NCBI GenBank assembly: GCA_963664405.1 | Contig: OY761158.1 | Span: 64,001 to 128,000 of the forward strand | From: Thermoanaerobaculia bacterium | GTDB taxonomy: Bacteria > Acidobacteriota > Thermoanaerobaculia > Multivoradales > Multivoraceae | Direction: 5' to 3' | DNA length: 64,000 bases | Shown: positions 1 to 9,538 of the stretch, in pieces | How the letters are laid out: each line of letters starts with the position of its first letter | Numbering within the stretch: the first letter of the stretch is position 1 | The notes under the pieces: model-generated | Seen by the model: only the letters and a program-made list of their open reading frames with translations | Told to the model about the DNA's origin: nothing | Database searches by the model: none | Program-made: the position numbers and the translations under genes

Positions 1-248
1 CGCTGCTTCTGGGGTGTGACCTGGGCGGCGGCAGGCCCGAAGTGGCCCTGGCTGCGAGCCTTCACCTCGATGAAGCAGAGGGTGTCGCCGGTCTGGGCAA
101 TGATGTCGATCTCGCCGGCGTGATTGGTGACATTGCGCTCGAGAATGCGGTACCCGAGCCCACCGAGGTATCGGCACGCCGCGTTCTCCCCTACGAGACC
201 CCGGCCACGGGTGTGCTCTTGAGCCTCGAATCTGTCGCGGATGCTCAA
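1..248 (-). CDS. yraN: YraN (UPF0102) family nuclease, 3'-truncated by the window edge
   Basis: Not in the ORF track. Manual minus-strand translation from TTG 248, which overlaps the cysS TGA, gives MSIRDRFEAQEHTRGRGLVGENAACRYLGGLGYRILERNVTNHAGEIDIIAQTGDTLCFIEVKARS. The GE..A..YL...GY.ILERN....GEIDII......FIEVK pattern is typical of YraN. Confidence 0.9.
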   Translation of the reverse strand, partial: MSIRDRFEAQEHTRGRGLVGENAACRYLGGLGYRILERNVTNHAGEIDIIAQTGDTLCFIEVKARSQGHFGPAAAQVTPQKQ

Positions 249-1660
249 CGCCTCTTCCAACGAGCCCCGGCGGGCGTGTCTTCGAGCCGAATGCCCGCTT
301 CTTGGAGCACATCGCGGATTCGGTCCGATTCGGCAAAGTCACGATCCGTGCGTGCCTTCTCCCGCAGGGCCACGAGATCCTCTACTTCTTGCTCGGCGAT
401 ACCTGCGCTTTCCTCCCCCTGCCACTCCTCACGATGCAAGACTCCCAGAACACGGTCTACGCTGCGCAAGGCGTCTGCTACCCGCTGCCGATCGCCGCTG
501 CCGAGCGCGCCCTGCTCCACCGCCACGTTGACCTGCTTGACGAAGGTAAAGAGTGCAGCAAGAGCGGCCGAAGTGTTGAGGTCGTCGGCAAGGGCCTCTC
601 GAAAGCTTGCGACGAGCTGGGTGCAGGCTCCCTCGATCAAAGGCTCGGGGGCCTCGGCTTCTGGGCAGTTTTCGAGTCTGAAGCGAAACTCGTCAATGCG
701 ACCCAGTGCCGACGATGCGCTCTCGACAGCGGCATCGGTGAAGTTCATCTTTTGTCGATAGTGCACTGAAAGAAAAACATAACGTACGGCACGCAGATCG
801 AGCCCGCGAGCCACGAGGTCATCGAGGGTGTACTGGTTGCCGAGCGACTTCGACATCTTCTCGCCCTCGACCTGAAGAAACTCGGAGTGCAGCCAGTAGC
901 GAACGAAGGGCACCTCGGTGACCGACTCGCTCTGGGCGATCTCGTTCTCATGATGAGGAAAGATGTTGTCCACCCCACCACAATGAATGTCGAACGAGGG
1001 TCCCAGATATTTCATGCTCATGGCGGAGCACTCGATGTGCCAACCAGGCCTTCCGGGGCCCCATGGCGACTCCCAGCTCGGCTCGCCCTCCTTGGCTCCC
1101 TTCCAAAGGACGAAGTCCCTAGCATCTTCCTTGCCGTACTCATCAGCGGCGACCCGCGAACCCTGCTTCGCTGAGGAGAGGTCGACGCCCGAGAGGCGCC
1201 CATAGTCGTCATCGGTGTCGATGCGAAAGAACACCGAGCCCTCTGCCTCATACGCGTGGCCGCGCTCGAGCAGCGAGCTGACCAGTTCGATCATCTCAGC
1301 GATGTGCTCCGTGGCCCGCGGGTACCCTTGTGCCGGGCGCACGTGCAGTCGAGCGAGATCGCGCATGAAGGTCTCGATATGGGGAGCAACGAAATCCTCG
1401 ACCGCGACGCCCTGCGCCACCGACCCAGCAATGATCTTGTCCTCCACATCGGTGAGATTCATCACCTGAGCCACTTCGTAGCCAAGCAGTTCGAGCGCCC
1501 GGCACAGAACGTCCTCGAAGACGAAAGTCCGAAGATTGCCGATGTGAACCGCCTCGTAGACAGTTGGGCCGCAAGTGTAGATACCGACGTGGCCCGGAGA
1601 TCTGGGCTCGAAGACTTCGAAGCGGCGACCTAAAGTGTTGAAAAAGCGAATCTTGGGCAT
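245..1660 (-). CDS. cysS: Cysteine--tRNA ligase
   Basis: YTCGPTVY, HIGN, PGWHIECSAMS and KMSKS motifs. True start is ATG 1660 (MPKIRFFNTL); the track's 1933 start runs into the upstream gene. Confidence 0.97.
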   Translation of the reverse strand: MPKIRFFNTLGRRFEVFEPRSPGHVGIYTCGPTVYEAVHIGNLRTFVFEDVLCRALELLGYEVAQVMNLTDVEDKIIAGSVAQGVAVEDFVAPHIETFMRDLARLHVRPAQGYPRATEHIAEMIELVSSLLERGHAYEAEGSVFFRIDTDDDYGRLSGVDLSSAKQGSRVAADEYGKEDARDFVLWKGAKEGEPSWESPWGPGRPGWHIECSAMSMKYLGPSFDIHCGGVDNIFPHHENEIAQSESVTEVPFVRYWLHSEFLQVEGEKMSKSLGNQYTLDDLVARGLDLRAVRYVFLSVHYRQKMNFTDAAVESASSALGRIDEFRFRLENCPEAEAPEPLIEGACTQLVASFREALADDLNTSAALAALFTFVKQVNVAVEQGALGSGDRQRVADALRSVDRVLGVLHREEWQGEESAGIAEQEVEDLVALREKARTDRDFAESDRIRDVLQEAGIRLEDTPAGARWKRR

Positions 1661-1685
1661 GGCTACTCGATAGGTCTTGCAAGGC

Positions 1686-2243
1686 CTACTGTGGAACATT
1701 GACGGTTCCCCCCGACCACTGCAGCGTAGCAATAGCGGCACCGGTAGAGTCGAAGCCTTGGTTATTGACGAAGTCGAAGCTTCCCTGCCCCGTCTGCGCC
1801 CGCGAGAATTCGATCGACAGCAGCGAGCCGGTGCCGCTGCGACCGGCAACCTGCCCGAGTCGACTGAGACCGACGACCAGCGTGCCTGGCGGATTTTGTG
1901 CCACCTGAAGAGAGGTGTCGACACTGCCGCCACTCAGGAAAGCACCCTCTGTCACCCCCACGAAGTTCAACAGATTGCTCGGGAAGGTGAGATCAAAAGC
2001 GATGCCATAGAGATCCACCACAGCGGTGCCCTCGAGAGTGAGAAAGAGGCTGTCTCGATCGGTCCCTGTACCCTCGGTCAGGGCGAGACTCTCAGCTCCG
2101 CCCGTGCCCGACGGAGTGAACCCGATCGGAGCTGGAGGCGGCGGCGTCGGGGGCACGGTGGGGCTGCCGCCGCCCCCTCCTCCGCTGCAAGCCAGCAGGA
2201 GAAACCCGACAGAGCTGGCCAAGAGCCTGAGCGGGATCCTCAA
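1686..2243 (-). CDS. Lipoprotein with Gly/Pro linker and cohesin-like beta-sandwich domain
   Basis: Lipobox LLAC, then GGGGGGSPTVPPTPPPP, then a beta-rich DLYGIAFDLTF...V.EG.FL...G.G.LL.IEF pattern resembling cohesin-like domains. Overlaps the def stop by 4 bp. Confidence 0.65.
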   Translation of the reverse strand: MRIPLRLLASSVGFLLLACSGGGGGGSPTVPPTPPPPAPIGFTPSGTGGAESLALTEGTGTDRDSLFLTLEGTAVVDLYGIAFDLTFPSNLLNFVGVTEGAFLSGGSVDTSLQVAQNPPGTLVVGLSRLGQVAGRSGTGSLLSIEFSRAQTGQGSFDFVNNQGFDSTGAAIATLQWSGGTVNVPQ

Positions 2244-2758
2244 CCCGAAGCCTCCGACTCCTTCGCCAACCGCTTGAGCAAGCGGCGAGCGCGTTCCTTG
2301 CGCAGTCCGCGCAGACGGTCGGTGAAGAGAATCCCGTCCATATGATCGATCTCGTGGAGGATCGCCCGCGCAAGCAGGCCCTCCGCCTCCAGCTCGAAGA
2401 GGTTTCCGGCCGGGTCGACAGCTCGCAGACGGATCGCCACCGAACGGCGCACTTTGTCACTGATGCCCGGCAGCGACAAACAGCCCTCCACATCCTCGTC
2501 CCTCTCGCGCTCCTCCACAACCTCCGGATTGATCATGGCAATGAGCTCTTCCTCTCGTTCGCCACAGGAGAGATCGACCACCGCCACTCTCTTCTCGACG
2601 CCGACCTGGCTAGCAGCAAGACCTATGCCCGGTGCCGCATGCATCGTCTCGACCATGTCCGCAACAAGCTCGGAGAGCTCCTCGTCGAAGCTCTGCACTG
2701 GTTCGCAACGAGCCCGGAGGACCGGGTCTGGATAGATCCGGATGGCCAACAACGCCAT
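2240..2758 (-). CDS. def: Peptide deformylase
   Basis: GIGLAASQ, EGCLS and HEIDH motifs. Confidence 0.97.
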   Translation of the reverse strand: MALLAIRIYPDPVLRARCEPVQSFDEELSELVADMVETMHAAPGIGLAASQVGVEKRVAVVDLSCGEREEELIAMINPEVVEERERDEDVEGCLSLPGISDKVRRSVAIRLRAVDPAGNLFELEAEGLLARAILHEIDHMDGILFTDRLRGLRKERARRLLKRLAKESEASG

Positions 2759-2770
2759 GTCGGCTGCCGC

Positions 2771-3712
2771 TTAGTAGGTGACCGCAGAACGAGCCATAGC
2801 GGCAACCTGCACGTCATTTTGTTGCGTGCTGAGAGCGCGAACCAGCTGACGCCTCGACTTGGTCTTTTTGAGCGCTCGCTGAAGCCCCTTCACTCCGAGG
2901 CGGAGTAGCTGTGAGTTGTGAGCAGCCTTGTAGGAGGCAGGCCAGGGCTCCTGCTTGAAAAGGACTCCCTCGCCGATAATCTGACCTGGACCAAAATTCC
3001 GCAACAGAAGGTCGCGCCCGTTCGGATCGAGACGAGCTTGGAGCAGACCCGACGCGATCAGGTAGAGCTCGAAAGTATCCTCGGCGTCTTGGCTCACGAC
3101 GATCTCTCCGGCCGGCACGCGCACCAGGTCCATCGACTCCATCAGAGCTTCCAGCTGGCCAGGTGCCAGGGATTGCACGAAGTCGCCCTCCCCCATGCGC
3201 CTCCACAGGGCTTCGAGCTCGATCGATGCCGCGAGTTGAGACGTACCGTCTCCGCCTTGACCGCGACGAACACTCCAGGCCGCCATATCCAGCTCTTTGG
3301 AGCGAAGGACCCTCTCTTCGAGTGCATCGATCGAAGAGTCCTTTGGCGAGATCCTTCTGCAAGACTTGAGCAGCGCCAGTGCCTTGTCGAAAAAGCCATC
3401 CTCTGAGAGCAGCTCGGCCGCCCGTAGATAGTGCCGCAGCGCCTCGGTTTCGCGCTTCCGTTGCACCAAGAGATCAGCAAGCTTGATACGGGAATGGACA
3501 TCGTCATCGTTAATGACGATCCGTTCCTCGAGCAACAGGATCGCTCGCGTATAGCGACCCTTAAGGGCCAGGTCGTCGATGGTCTCGGCATCCTGCCCTT
3601 TGCGCGCTTTCTCCCGAGCCTTTCGCTCGCGGGTAAGGCGAAGGACGTTATCGGTTAGTCCGGCCTTCTTTTGTGGCTCATCCGTCACCGAAAGCTGCCC
3701 CTCCAATGTCAT
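2771..3712 (-). CDS. TPR-like plus cyclic-nucleotide-binding domain protein
   Basis: Helical TPR-like N-terminal half; C-terminal GEIVV..D....LYLIASG...FGPGQIIGE cNMP fold. Start uncertain (3712 ATG or 3742 TTG). Confidence 0.7.
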   Translation of the reverse strand: MTLEGQLSVTDEPQKKAGLTDNVLRLTRERKAREKARKGQDAETIDDLALKGRYTRAILLLEERIVINDDDVHSRIKLADLLVQRKRETEALRHYLRAAELLSEDGFFDKALALLKSCRRISPKDSSIDALEERVLRSKELDMAAWSVRRGQGGDGTSQLAASIELEALWRRMGEGDFVQSLAPGQLEALMESMDLVRVPAGEIVVSQDAEDTFELYLIASGLLQARLDPNGRDLLLRNFGPGQIIGEGVLFKQEPWPASYKAAHNSQLLRLGVKGLQRALKKTKSRRQLVRALSTQQNDVQVAAMARSAVTY

Positions 3713-3908
3713 AAGGTAGCAGCGCGGGCGCCCGACGGTCAAGAATAGCGCTGCCTACAGGGGACACCGTGTCGAGGGAAGGAGACACTCGACAGCCGAG
3801 GATGCAGCCCTTCAGCCCCTACCGCCTCTTGGACTTGCCCCAGAGACTGGCGTGGATCTTGCGTCTACATCATTTGCCCTCAGCCGGGCTTTTGATCGGA
3901 GGTCAGCC

Positions 3909-6275
3909 ATGAGCCATAACCCCAATCTCGCAGCAACCGCCAGCAAGGCTCTGTGCCTCGTGGCCCCGGTCTCCCTCGCTCTTCTGCTGGTCTTGCCCGC
4001 CTGGGGCCAGGGTACTGATGATTCTCGCCAGGGCTATGTTCGGTCCCTCGAAGGAGACGTCACCCTGGTGCCCGCGGACGACCCACAGCCTCAGGCCGCA
4101 CAGGTGAACATACCATTGGTCCGAGGCGACCGCTTCGAGCTTGCAGAAGGCGCCCGTCTCGAACTGGTTTTGGCCGACCGGCAGAGGCTCCATCTGGGTA
4201 GCGCGGCTTCAATTGAGCTTGTCAGCCTCGCTCGCTCACTCGAAGAGGAGGGGCGGGTCACAGTGGTACGACTGCACCATGGCAGCCTTCACCTGCAGGT
4301 GCCGCGTGATCTCACAGCAGCCGAATCGCCTCGAGTCGATACTTCACAGGCCAGTCTCTTCCTCGAGCCCGGCGGGGAGTATCTCGTAGAGACCGGCCTG
4401 GACGGCAGACTCTCGGTCGTAGTCAGGGCCGGCTACTGCGAGTTGGTAACCGCCGATGGATCCTCGCTCATCCGCGCCGGGGAAGGAGCCGAGGTGGCGC
4501 CGGGGCGGTCGAGCCGAGTGCAGATTGCTTCCGCGCCGGGGCTCTCGGAGCTGGAGCTCTGGGCGGACGCATTAGAGCTCGAGGCCTCCAAGAGCGAGCT
4601 CCCTTGGATCGAAGCGGATCTACAGTACGAAGCGGCACCGCTCGCCGAGCATGGGGACTGGGTAGACACCGCCGAGGGAGCCGCGTGGAAGCCGCGGGTT
4701 ACCACGGGTTGGAAGCCCTACTGGAATGGATACTGGACCTACGCGCCGGCAGGCATGACCTGGGTCTCCAATGAGCGGTGGGGCTGGCTCCCCTATCACT
4801 ACGGCTCCTGGGACCATGACCTGTCCTTCGGCTGGGTCTGGTACCCGGGGGTCAGCTACTCCCCCGCCCATGTCTATTGGTACTGGGGCTCCAGCCACGT
4901 CGCATGGGTGCCCGCCGGCTACTATCGTCGCCACTACCGCAGGCATTACGGTACCCAGCTGAGCTTCAACTACGGCGTCCACGGTTACTCTCGAGCGCAT
5001 TGGAGCTCCTACAATCGTTGGGTCTTTTGTCCGACCTCCTCGTTGGGCCTGCGCCACCAATACCGCTTTCACGCCGACGGCCGCACCGCTTCTCATCAGC
5101 GCCTCGCCGGCTCGCTGGGCGCCGGCATCATCACCACTGACACTCGTGGGCTGTCCCCGGATCGTTGGAGGAGGCCTGGAGCCAGCCAGGAGACGCTGCG
5201 TAATCGTGCGTTCCCCCGGAGCGCCTCGACAAGCTCTCTCCCGGATGTGACCTCGTTCGTTGAAAGGCGCACCCAGCTCTCGTCTCAGGTTCAGGATCGT
5301 CTATTGCGACCGGAATCCGCATCTGCCACCCAGATCCGCAGTCATCGCGGCACACCCCGTACTCCGCAAATCTCCTCATCCACGAACGCTTCAGCCATGA
5401 GCGAGCTCCAGGGCGCTGGGTTACGAGCCTCCTCAGCGAAGGAGCCTTCTTCGGGACGTGCCTCCGTCAAGACTCGCGTCGGCGGAGGGACCACGGTCGC
5501 CCCCGGGGATATACAGGCCGTGCCGAGCCGGTTTGGCTCTGCCTCGCCTGCCAACCGCCGCCTGAGCGATCGTGCCGCACCCGCACCGGCGACGATGGAC
5601 AGGGGGCCAGGCGGCCGAGAGAGCACCTCCCCGCAACTCCGGCCCGCGGGCACCGCCGGAACCGATGTGCCCACTTCTCGGGCGCCTCGAAAACGAGGCG
5701 GCGAGGAGCAGTCGCGATCGAAGCGCGTACGGCCTCCAGTGTTACGCGTCATGGACTCGGTTCGGGCAAAGCGTCAGGAGACGCGACCCACCACCGGGGT
5801 TAGCTCGCCGGCACTCGCGCCTCGAGCCCCCCTCCCAGTTCCTCGAACGACCACTCCTCCCTCCGCCGGGTCTTCGAGGACGCGCGCGACGGCGCCGAGT
5901 CGAGGCAGCTCCTCGAATCGCGCCAGAGCGCCTAGTCCGACGACTCAGCGCTCCTCCCCTAGCCCTTCCACGAGGAGCTCATCGCAGAGCCGGCAGCGAG
6001 CTACATCAACTCAGAGCAGGAGCAGGCCTACACAGAGCCGCAGCGTGGCACCCCCAAGATCGCGGAGCGGTTCGTCGGGCACTCGCTCCTCGACCGGCTC
6101 GAGGACATCTTCGGGCTCGCGACCCTCCTCGAGCGCCCGTTCTTCCTCCGCCTCGCGACCCTCCTCGAGTGCCCGCTCTTCCTCCTCCTCGCGATCCTCC
6201 TCGAGCGCTCGCTCCTCGTCTGGCTCTCGGTCCTCTTCCAGCTCGTCGAGTCGAGGGGCCGCCCGCAGTCGGTAG
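3909..6275 (+). CDS. Secreted FecR-like / DUF6600-like (Trp/Tyr/Gly-rich) protein with long Ser/Arg/Pro-rich tail
   Basis: Signal peptide ending PAWG-Q, a FecR-like beta region (N.PL..GD, DT), a W.PY..G.W...GWLPYHYGSW...GWVWYPG segment and a low-complexity C-terminus. ATG 3909 preferred to GTG 3852. Confidence 0.75.
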   Translation: MSHNPNLAATASKALCLVAPVSLALLLVLPAWGQGTDDSRQGYVRSLEGDVTLVPADDPQPQAAQVNIPLVRGDRFELAEGARLELVLADRQRLHLGSAASIELVSLARSLEEEGRVTVVRLHHGSLHLQVPRDLTAAESPRVDTSQASLFLEPGGEYLVETGLDGRLSVVVRAGYCELVTADGSSLIRAGEGAEVAPGRSSRVQIASAPGLSELELWADALELEASKSELPWIEADLQYEAAPLAEHGDWVDTAEGAAWKPRVTTGWKPYWNGYWTYAPAGMTWVSNERWGWLPYHYGSWDHDLSFGWVWYPGVSYSPAHVYWYWGSSHVAWVPAGYYRRHYRRHYGTQLSFNYGVHGYSRAHWSSYNRWVFCPTSSLGLRHQYRFHADGRTASHQRLAGSLGAGIITTDTRGLSPDRWRRPGASQETLRNRAFPRSASTSSLPDVTSFVERRTQLSSQVQDRLLRPESASATQIRSHRGTPRTPQISSSTNASAMSELQGAGLRASSAKEPSSGRASVKTRVGGGTTVAPGDIQAVPSRFGSASPANRRLSDRAAPAPATMDRGPGGRESTSPQLRPAGTAGTDVPTSRAPRKRGGEEQSRSKRVRPPVLRVMDSVRAKRQETRPTTGVSSPALAPRAPLPVPRTTTPPSAGSSRTRATAPSRGSSSNRARAPSPTTQRSSPSPSTRSSSQSRQRATSTQSRSRPTQSRSVAPPRSRSGSSGTRSSTGSRTSSGSRPSSSARSSSASRPSSSARSSSSSRSSSSARSSSGSRSSSSSSSRGAARSR
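6121..6228 (+). repeat. Three imperfect 36-bp tandem units encoding RPSSSARSSSAS-like repeats
   Basis: Units start at 6121, 6157 and 6193 (gaccctcctcgagcgcccgttcttcctccgcctcgc and variants), in frame inside the CDS tail. Confidence 0.85.
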
Positions 6276-6386
6276 TCTTCTAGCCGTGAATAGCCTTCGC
6301 GCTGTTGGCTCCCCTCTTCTTGCTCGGATCGCCCCCCCCCTCCCGATAACGGCCCGGACCGACGCCTATCGCGTACAATCGGCGCC

Positions 6387-6641
6387 GTGCCCGGTCTCCT
6401 CCGCTTCCTCTTCGTAATCTACTGCGTTGAAGCCGGTATCTTTCTCGTCGTCGTACCATGGAGCCTCTCCTGGGAACGTCTGATGCGCACGATGGCCACC
6501 CCGGGCTTGGGAGAGCTTCTTCTTGCCCCGACCTTTAGGGGGGCTATTGCGGGCTTCGGCCTGGTGCATTTGGTCTGGGGTACTCACGACCTCCTGAGTT
6601 TGATCAAGCAGCGAAGATCTCGTGACGACGTCCGTGCCTAA
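6387..6641 (+). CDS. Small two-TM membrane protein
   Basis: Two hydrophobic segments; TACAAT at 6374-6379 upstream; overlaps the start of the thiE-like gene. Confidence 0.7.
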   Translation: MPGLLRFLFVIYCVEAGIFLVVVPWSLSWERLMRTMATPGLGELLLAPTFRGAIAGFGLVHLVWGTHDLLSLIKQRRSRDDVRA

Positions 6642-7257
6642 GGCCCTGGCCATTAGCGATCGAGCTAGCCTGCCAGGTAGCGACCTGGTCGACTGGGCTC
6701 GACGGCTCGTCATCGCCGGGGTTGAAGCGATCCAAGTCCGTGAGAAGGATCTGAGCGGGAAAGATCTCTACGCCCTGGCCTCCCGTATGAGATCGGTCCG
6801 TCCTGCGATCGAGACCCTTTCCATCAATGGACGGCTGGATGTCGCCTTAGCGTCAAACGCCTCCGGCGTGCACCTGCCCGAGAGCTCCGCGCCGCTTTCC
6901 CGCATCCGAGGACGGTACCCGGAGCTACTGCTCGGCAAATCCTGCCATACCCTCGAACAGGTAGCGGATGCCCTCGTGGCTGGAGCAGACTACGTGACCT
7001 ACGGACCGGTATTCGCTCCGCTGAGCAAGGTCTCGAGTTTACCGCCGGTGGGCCTCGAAGAACTTGGCACAGCTTGCAGCATCGGCATCCCGGTCCTTGC
7101 ACTCGGCGGCGTCACCGCCGAGCGCCTCCAGGGAATCGCCTCGACCGGTGCCTCGGGTATTGCTGGTATCGGTCTCTTTCATGCGCCGGAGTCCCTCGGC
7201 TGGGTGATGACTGCAGTTCGGGAGCTTTTTGATCATGGCGGCGCGGGGGAAATCTGA
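6622..7257 (+). CDS. thiE: Thiamine phosphate synthase / TenI family protein
   Basis: QVREKD, GVHL, GKSCH, GADY..GPVF and ALGG motifs. The usual ND is NG here, so ThiE versus TenI-like is unresolved. Confidence 0.7.
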   Translation: MTTSVPKALAISDRASLPGSDLVDWARRLVIAGVEAIQVREKDLSGKDLYALASRMRSVRPAIETLSINGRLDVALASNASGVHLPESSAPLSRIRGRYPELLLGKSCHTLEQVADALVAGADYVTYGPVFAPLSKVSSLPPVGLEELGTACSIGIPVLALGGVTAERLQGIASTGASGIAGIGLFHAPESLGWVMTAVRELFDHGGAGEI

Positions 7258-7645
7258 GCTGAGCTCATCGATCGCAGGACTGGGGCTGGATCTGGTCGAG
7301 GTGGCTCGCGTCGGTGCGCTACTCGAGCGCCACGAAGAACGCTTCCTACGACGCGTATGTCGGCCGGGTGAGGCAAAGAAGGGAACTTCAGCCGAAGCCT
7401 GGGCCCAGCACGTAGCTGGCCTCTTTGCGGCCAAGGAGGCGGTCCTGAAGGCCCTTGGCACAGGTTGGGGGGAAGGAGTGACCTTTCGAGACGTCGAGGT
7501 TCATCGTGCCCCCTCGGGCGCTCCCTCGGTGCGTCTCCATGGCGAAGCGCACCGCAAAGCCGAAGCACTCGGCGCTCGGAGGGTCCATATCTCGATTACC
7601 CACGAGCGCTACCACGCCGCGGCAGTCGCCATCCTCGAAAAGTGA
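7229..7645 (+). CDS. acpS: Holo-ACP synthase
   Basis: GLGLDLVEVAR, FAAKEAVLKALGTG and HISITHE motifs. Confidence 0.95.
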   Translation: MIMAARGKSELSSSIAGLGLDLVEVARVGALLERHEERFLRRVCRPGEAKKGTSAEAWAQHVAGLFAAKEAVLKALGTGWGEGVTFRDVEVHRAPSGAPSVRLHGEAHRKAEALGARRVHISITHERYHAAAVAILEK

Positions 7646-7679
7646 GCGCACTCGACTTAGGGTCGGCGCGGAAATAACT

Positions 7680-9487
7680 TCACATTATCGCCGGAGCGTG
7701 TGAGGCCGAGGCGCCACAGGGCGGTCGCTGCATTGGAGGTGGTGGTGAGCTGAGCCCAGGCTGTGGGGCAAGCTCTTCCTGCTCGGTTCGCGGTCTCGGC
7801 GAGAGGGTGTAGTTCCACTTTCCTAGGAAGTCGCTCCTGGCCACCGCGAGCTGCAGCATTTCCTTGTCCGATACCCTGACTCCTTTCTGGTATTGGCGTT
7901 GATCACGGCACGGCTCGACGCGCAGTCCGGTGGATGTCGTCGTGTTGCGGACGAGGTTGACGAGGATCTCGAAACTCTCGAGAGGAACTCCGGCCCAGTT
8001 CTTGCTGATCTCGCTGAACATCCTGTGCTCGATGGGATTCCATTTACTGGTGCCAGTTGGATAGTGGGCGACGGTGATGATGAGGCCGCACTTGTCTACG
8101 AGCTTCTCCTGGAGGTACTTCTTCCAGGCTCGAAGCCGTGCGCCGTTGCTTGCGCCGCTGTCGGCAAGAATGAGGAGACGCTGAGACGCCGGATAGTGAG
8201 ATCGACCGTATTTGAGCCACCAGGTCGCGATGCTGTTGACAGCGAACTCCGGCGTGTCCGACGACTGTCCGAGGACGAGAACGCCGAAGTTCCTCTGAAG
8301 ATCGTAGATCCCATAGGGGGAGGCGATGGCGAGAGCTTCGGACCGGAAGTCGTGATCCTTGACCCGCTTGGCCTCGCGGCACCATGTCTGTCCCTGGTTC
8401 TTGAACCGACCGATCAGCTCCTTCTTCTTCGTATCGACGCTGATGATCGGGTCGCCAGCGCTTGTGAAATCCTCGCGCAGTCGCTTGATGGCCTTGAACT
8501 GTGCATCACGATCTGGGGAGTTCCCCGAAGACAGACATTTCCTATTGCTCTTGAGGGAATAGTTCAGGTCTGCGAGCAATCGACGCACCACCGTAGCCGA
8601 TACGATGATGTCAAGGCGTTCGGCAAGGCATTGGGCCACCTTTGCAGCGGTCTCGTGCGTCCATCTTTTTGATGACATGGGATCACCAGCTATATCGGCC
8701 TCGAGTATGGAATGGATTCCATCGACTATCTCGGGCGTTTTTTTTCCACTCGTTGGTTGCCACCGCCTGCTCTTCGAACTCTTCCGCGCTCCACGGAGCC
8801 GCCGAAGAGCTCGCGACGTCCTTTTGCGACTGTATGAGGGTCCAGGTCCAGAAGATCGGCGATCTTCCGGTCGCCGCCATGCCCGAGCTTGGTCGCTTCC
8901 AGGCCAGCGAAGAGCCGCCGCTGGCGTTCGTCTAGCAGGCTGAAGAATAAAACGATGGCAGCCCTGAGCTCCTCGGGGAGCACTTCTGGAACGAGGCTGG
9001 CAGCTACATCCTGGAGAGCCTGCCGTTCGTTGCGCATCAGCTTCTGCTGACGACGGCGCCCTGTTTCCGAGCACAAGTATACGAACCTCTTCCCAACTCT
9101 GGATCGTACGATTCTCTTGCGACGAACGAGGTGCAACATCGCGTGCTTGACCTCGACCTGCAGCAGGAGCTCGAGTTCAGAAGCCGTATAGCCGGCAGCG
9201 GACCGGTCCACGGCAGCCACCGCAGTTTCGAGGAGGCTGCCATGCCGACTGAACCTCGCCGAACCGCACGACCACAAACCCAGATCGTCGAAATCGGGAA
9301 TCTCGTTCAAGGTATAGAACCGCCCTCGATCCGAGTAGCTGGCCAAATAGCCCAATCGAGACAGCGAACGGTAGACCGTCATGGTGGCTCGGGTTCCCAT
9401 GGCGTCCTTGAGCTCATCCATGGTGGCCATCTGTTCGCTCATCAAGAGCTCGCGCACTGTTGCATCACGATCTTCGGCTCGTACCAT
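7680..9487 (-). CDS. ISAzo13-family DDE transposase, two overlapping ORFs joined by a probable -1 frameshift
   Basis: ORF A (9487-8726, HTH-like, ...ERQRRLFAGLEA..LGHGG) overlaps ORF B (to 7680; ISVDTKKKELIG, DHDF, ILADSGASN, HYPTGTSKWNPIEHRMFS). An A8 run lies at 8738-8745, at the junction EKKRPR* / KKTPEIV. Confidence 0.88.
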
Positions 9488-9538
9488 TTGGTATAGTTCC
9501 CCTTCCAAAAGAGGTGACAGGGAAAACTATACCAAATG
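9485..9538 (-). promoter_or_regulatory. Transposase promoter and start-codon-sequestering inverted repeat
   Basis: Perfect 14-bp IR CATTTGGTATAGTT (9485-9498) / AACTATACCAAATG (9525-9538). On the minus strand the upstream arm holds an extended -10 (TGgTATAGT) and the downstream arm holds the ATG. Confidence 0.7.

Noticed and set aside
42-761. 239-aa plus-strand ORF and other long antisense ORFs (e.g. 46134-47090, 37806-38732, 26178-26996)
   Set aside because: These are shadows of real genes on the opposite strand (yraN/cysS, prs, PBP1A, scpA), as expected in high-GC DNA.
6121-6228. 36-bp repeats as a possible CRISPR array
   Set aside because: They are contiguous with no spacers, lie in frame in a Ser-rich tail, and no cas genes are present. 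The dispersed palindromes are not an array either.
6332-6340. C9 tract as a phase-variation switch
   Set aside because: It is intergenic, upstream of the likely -35/-10 spacer, and unremarkable at this GC content.
6280-6622. TPP riboswitch upstream of the thiE-like gene
   Set aside because: No CTGAGA or associated TPP consensus was found.
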